Assembly (NCBI GenBank): GCA_951406725.2
Contig: OX597824.1
Location: forward strand, 88,350,001 to 88,414,000
Length of the DNA stretch: 64,000 bases
Reading direction: 5' to 3'
Origin: Octopus vulgaris
Lineage: Eukaryota
The notes under the pieces were generated by a model, which did not search any database, was not told the DNA's origin, and saw nothing but the letters and a program-made list of their open reading frames with translations. Within the stretch, counting starts at the first letter, position 1, and every line of letters starts with the position of its first letter. Position numbers and translations under genes: made by a program. Below are positions 59,266 to 64,000 of the stretch, piece after piece.

Positions 59266-62200
59266 GTTGGATAATATCCATTGTCTTTGTTGGTCGTATT
59301 TGGGAATGGATGGATACATGACTCTTTGAGGATCAGTTAATGTTCTTTTTCCCATCTTTAATAGCTTTTAAGAGATTTCCATCACTTTCTTAACTAATGT
59401 TTTCTTGTCTGTATAGTTTTCACCTTCTTGCAATTTCATGCCTTCTTTTATATAATTTTTTTGCCTGGCTTTATTCTTTTATTTTTGCTTTCTTCTCTAT
59501 ATCTGTCTTTATATTCTTCATTCAATATCGCTTTCAATTGTCAGTAATTCTGTTCTATTCCTTCATTTCTTTCTTGCAGAACCATTACAAGTTCAATCCT
59601 AACAGAACTCAGATTTGGATCCTCAAAATGTTCAGTCAACATTGTACATTAAACCATTATTTCAAACTAAATAAGTCTTGTCTTTTCAATACATCTCAGC
59701 CATAAATAAGTGTCATTACGTATAATCAGACGTGCACTAAACAGCTTTAAATGAAATATAGTTATGTACAGAAATATTTTACATGCTCCTGTTCATTTGA
59801 ATACGGCAAGACAATATGCTACACAAGTTGTCTAAAGAGAAAAATTTCTCCTTATAGACAGGCTGGAAAGCAGAGCATAATCCAATTGAAGTCGGATGTA
59901 GAGGGTTTGTTGGACACAGTGTGAGACGACTGTTGTTATCGCTTGGCCTAACTCATCGTAAAGTCAATACCACCATGACCGATATCCAAACTACAGAGCA
60001 GAAGGCTAGCCACTGGATTTGGTTAAAAAGAGACGATGAGCGATGGCTAGGAGAATATTGAGCTTTATTTGATAACCAGCTGATCTAGCAAGCGGGGGCC
60101 TCATATCAGTGAGTGGGGTCGGTGTGCATTGATGCCGTCTAGAGGTAGCCCCCGAAACGGCGTGCATTCTCTCCTGATGACCCCATACACTTGCTGGCTT
60201 CCGGTATGCGGAGTTTTTGACAAGTTGTTTTCAAGACAATATGGATGACCACTGGACCATGAACGGTGTCCGTGAATGACCTTGTGATGGGTTTTCACCC
60301 AGTTCATCTGTTAGGAGCATTTCTTCTCTTGGGATAACTTGTGCAGTATATTGTATTTTCGTGTCTGTACATAACTCTACATAATTAATTAATATCGTTC
60401 ATTATTATTGATGGAAGCAATATTTGTTCTGTGGTGTTAAGGGCTGTGATGGAGCTATGTGGTGTTGGTGGAGGGGATTGCAGATGAGGTGGATGGAAGT
60501 AGGGACTGCAGGGGCCGGTGAGACAGGCACAGGGCATGCGTGGGCAGGAAGCATGGGTGGTCAGTTTGAGCAGAGAGACAAGATGTGTTTAATTCGTGAG
60601 AGTGACCGCTGATTCCGCCTTGGTCAACAGGTAAGGCCCTTTGTGTCTCTTTCTCCCATTTTCTTCTTTTTCTTCCGTCACACTACAAGTTCAAAATGAG
60701 CAATCTTTATACTTCATCATCATCTTCATTTAGCGTCTGCTTTCCATGCTAGCATGGGTTGGACGGTTTAACTGGGGTCTGGGAGGACAGAAGGCTGCAC
60801 CAGGCCCAGTCTGATCTGGCAATGTTTCTATGGCTGGATGCCCTTCCTAACGCCAACCACTCCATGAGTGTAGTGGGTGCTTTTTACATGCCACCGGCAC
60901 AGGTGCCAGACGGGGCTGGCAAACGGCCAAGGTCAGATGGTGCTTTTTATGTGCCGCCGGCATGGGGGCCAGGTGAGGCTGGCAACAGCCACGATTGGAT
61001 GGTCCTTTTTACGTGCCACCGGCATGGGGTCCAGGCGAGGCTGGCAAGAAATTGAAAAGCTTTCTAAACTTCAGCATTTGGCTTGAGAAAACATCTCTTA
61101 TTGACATATAGTGTTAAAACAAAGAAGAATATGTGTTGCAGGCAATGGTCACCCAGTACTAATTGGTGGGATTGCTGAGTCCAGATTTCGGCTTATTAGC
61201 TTCTTGAGCTCATTTCTGTTTAGTTTACTGGTTAAATGTAACACCAGTGGCCTTTCAATCATTGTTTAACTGTATCAACTTGCAGCTGATGTTTGCTCAG
61301 CATAAGGTGTCAGATATTTGCTGCTGAAGAAGATAACAAGCAGAAATCAGGACCCAGCAATTCCACTATTAATGGTAGGTGACCTTTACCTGTTGCTGAT
61401 ATTTTTCTGCATTATTTTAACACTATAAGCCTATAAGAAAAGCTTTCTCAAGACAAACACTACAGTTTAGTACAGCTTTCAATATATACACTCTCTATGT
61501 ATGTATAAGGATCACTCATTTATTTATGATATGTTTTAAACTCGGATTCTTACCATACCATTGATTATTACAATATAATGTGAAATGAATGTTGTGGTCA
61601 TTCTATATCTTTAGTTACAGTTTATACAAAATTCTTGTGTTTAGTTTCTACCATACATGTTTTAATAATTATGAAATTCATTAACTCTTCAATAATAAAG
61701 GACTTTTATCTTAGTAACGAACATGCTATCACTGCCAAATTTTAGCCGAGGTAAACTAACAAAGAATTTCACAATGAAATGTTCAAGCTGATTTGTATCC
61801 TAAAATAACATTCCTTAATCAAGTAAATTATTTTTGCAAAATTTACGATATCTTTCTCATTAGTTCTGTAAGTCTTAAATTTCTTTTTAATCTGAGGAAA
61901 TAAAGTATTTTGTTCTGCTGTAAATTATATTGTATATAATAAAATTTCTTTAAAAAAAAAAGTTTCGTATTAAAAATTATTTTGATTTCATTGTTTTGAT
62001 TTAAAGGAAGCCTAAGGTTCTGACATCAATTATTTATATCCCTTTTAGCGTATCAAAAAAAAATGCCCAGAACTTTCCAGACAACCTAATATATCAACTT
62101 AATATAGAATTTATTTGAAATATTTAATGACAGAAAAATTGTTTCAAATCATAGACTCACAACTCACAACGTCTATGTCAATTTACAAGAAATAGTGTGA

Positions 62201-62797
62201 CATATTGTAAGAAACAATAAAAACGGTTAACCCTTTTGTTACTAACCCAGCCAAAACCGGCTCTTTGCTCTGTGGTAAAATCTTCCATCAATCCTTAGTC
62301 AATTAAAATCTTCCATCAATCCTTAGTCAAAATTTACGTTCCTAACACTAACTGAATGATAACTAAGTTATTTTACTAAATTCTGTGTTATATTTAAAAT
62401 AATTGAAAGAAACACAGAGCATCTCAAAATAAATACAGTAACGAAAGGGTTAAAGATATTTTTAATGATAGCCAAATAAGTGATGCATCATATATTTTTA
62501 GTTCTTTTCAGTTTCCTTGAAATTATATACAATATTATTAGAACCAGTTTCATGAAAAAATTATGTACAAATATAAAGGAACATTTATGTTTCATTGTTT
62601 ACATCAACAGCAAAAATATTCTATGAAACATTGATTATTTCATTTGTTCAGTTCAATTCCTTTAAAATGATTATTTTGATTGGGATATGCAGTTATATAT
62701 ATATCGTGATGGCTTAGTAGCATGATAGATCGTTAGCCACTACACACATCTTTTTTCTCTCCTTTTTTTTTTCTCTCTCCTTGTTTTTTCTGTGTCC

Positions 62798-62833
62798 CTT
62801 TCTGTAGAAGAGCATAGGCTCGAAACATAAAAG
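62798..62833 (+). ncRNA. Minimal hammerhead-like motif with U at core position 6
   Basis: CTTT-CTGTAGA-A-GAGC-ATAG-GCTC-GAAA-CATA-AAAG; stems I and II pair correctly. Confidence 0.5.
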
Positions 62834-63068
62834 ACTTTTTCTATTCCTGAGCGTTATACTAATACATCTGTTTGTTTTGTACACCACCTGTCTTCGTCTT
62901 GTTTTTTTTCATAAACTCTCCCTATATATATATATATATAACATGGATGTGATTAGGGGATATAGTTATGTTACAAAATATGGAATGGCTGTGACAAACG
63001 AAATGCAATATACTAAAATAGGATTCTTTTTTTTTTTTTTTACAGAAATTTTATCCAAATCGCCATAG

Positions 63069-63547
63069 TTATTTATTTGAATCCTTTATCTTTGTTTTTG
63101 GTTTTATCTTCATTTCTACTTTCATTAGTGAATAATTTGCTTTTTTCCAAGATTTCCAAGCAATTCCATCAAACTTTTTGTCTGCTACTGAGCCATCACG
63201 ATAGAAAACTCCATTCAGATTTGATGCATAACACTTGTAATACCACCAGGCACCACTGAAGCGTTTTGCACAGCTTCCACCAAACTGTTTCGTGACTAAG
63301 TCATTATCAACATCTTTTGTTGAAAATTTGTTCAGATTATGCTTGCTCAAGGAATCCCCGCTATCACCACTGAAGCCATCAACATGTAAACGGTAGCCAT
63401 TTTTCTCATCATCTATCATAAAATATTCATAAATGGCTGTTACTTTATTCTTTTCCCAGTCCGTCAAATCCACACGTAAACTGTAATGTCCTTGGTTCGT
63501 CAACCAGTGAATGTTGTCATTACCAAGCCAGTGTTCTCCATAAATAC
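63069..63547 (-). CDS. Last exon of a fibrinogen-related domain (FReD) protein; gene continues beyond the window
   Basis: GEHWLGNDNIH...LRVDL.DW...FSTKDVDND...CA....GAWWY..C..SNLNG...W..W...YSL...EMKI; tag acceptor at 63548-49. Confidence 0.92.
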
Positions 63548-64000
63548 CTATCAAGTAAAAGAAGCAATTAGTTGTTTGATATCAGGAAATATATTTTATC
63601 TAGCACTATGACTCGGCAATGCAGGGTCATAGTGCTAGTGCATGCATATACAGCTGCGTGCGTGCACACATACACGCGAGTACTGTCCAAATCTCCGACC
63701 AATCACATACAGCTAGCTGGCATTCAATTGGCGTATCAAGTTTCAGGCATTTTGATTGGGTTTTGGATAGAAAATTCACAAAAAAGTCACTTCTATTGAT
63801 TTTTTAATGGCTGCACACTTTCATTATTCTCATCCAGCTTTTGGATTCTAATTACAATGACCTGCCTTAACCAATTATCTAATATCATATAATGCAGACT
63901 TAGCTCATAACTGTTTGGGGGAGAATACCAGCAAGCATCACAACCATTATGAACATTCTTAAACTGATGTTTTATTCATCTTTTGTGATCTAAACTCCAG

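Overview
AT-rich, repeat-dense eukaryotic genomic DNA. The SINE and microsatellite landscape suggests an octopus (coleoid cephalopod); this is inferred, not proven. It holds a complete minus-strand Dicer-1 gene, which I reconstructed as 17 coding exons (10471-42674, about 2412 aa, all GT-AG, phases consistent). That Dicer has degenerate helicase ATPase motifs, intact RNase IIIa/b catalytic motifs and a ~700-aa low-complexity insert. A complete plus-strand ALKBH6 gene (6 exons, 47963-57393, about 231 aa) lies head-to-head with it across a repeat-poor promoter region. The last exon of a fibrinogen-related-domain gene sits on the minus strand at the right edge. Most short ORFs in the track are repeat artefacts. 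Introns contain several tRNA-derived SINE families, a (GAT)n-tailed retroposon, CR1-type LINE ends, TTAA/piggyBac-type MITEs, non-autonomous Helitrons and a mariner remnant. Most notable: (i) minimal Penelope-type hammerhead ribozyme motifs, one carried in a tRNA-headed SINE-like element arranged head-to-head, plus core variants (G3-C8, U6); (ii) a 34-bp pri-miRNA-like hairpin and other long dsRNA-forming structures in the Dicer transcript; (iii) a SINE that multimerises at one fixed, hairpin-restoring junction; (iv) a SINE/LINE shared 3' tail with a covarying stem. Coordinates were read by hand; repeat boundaries are approximate.
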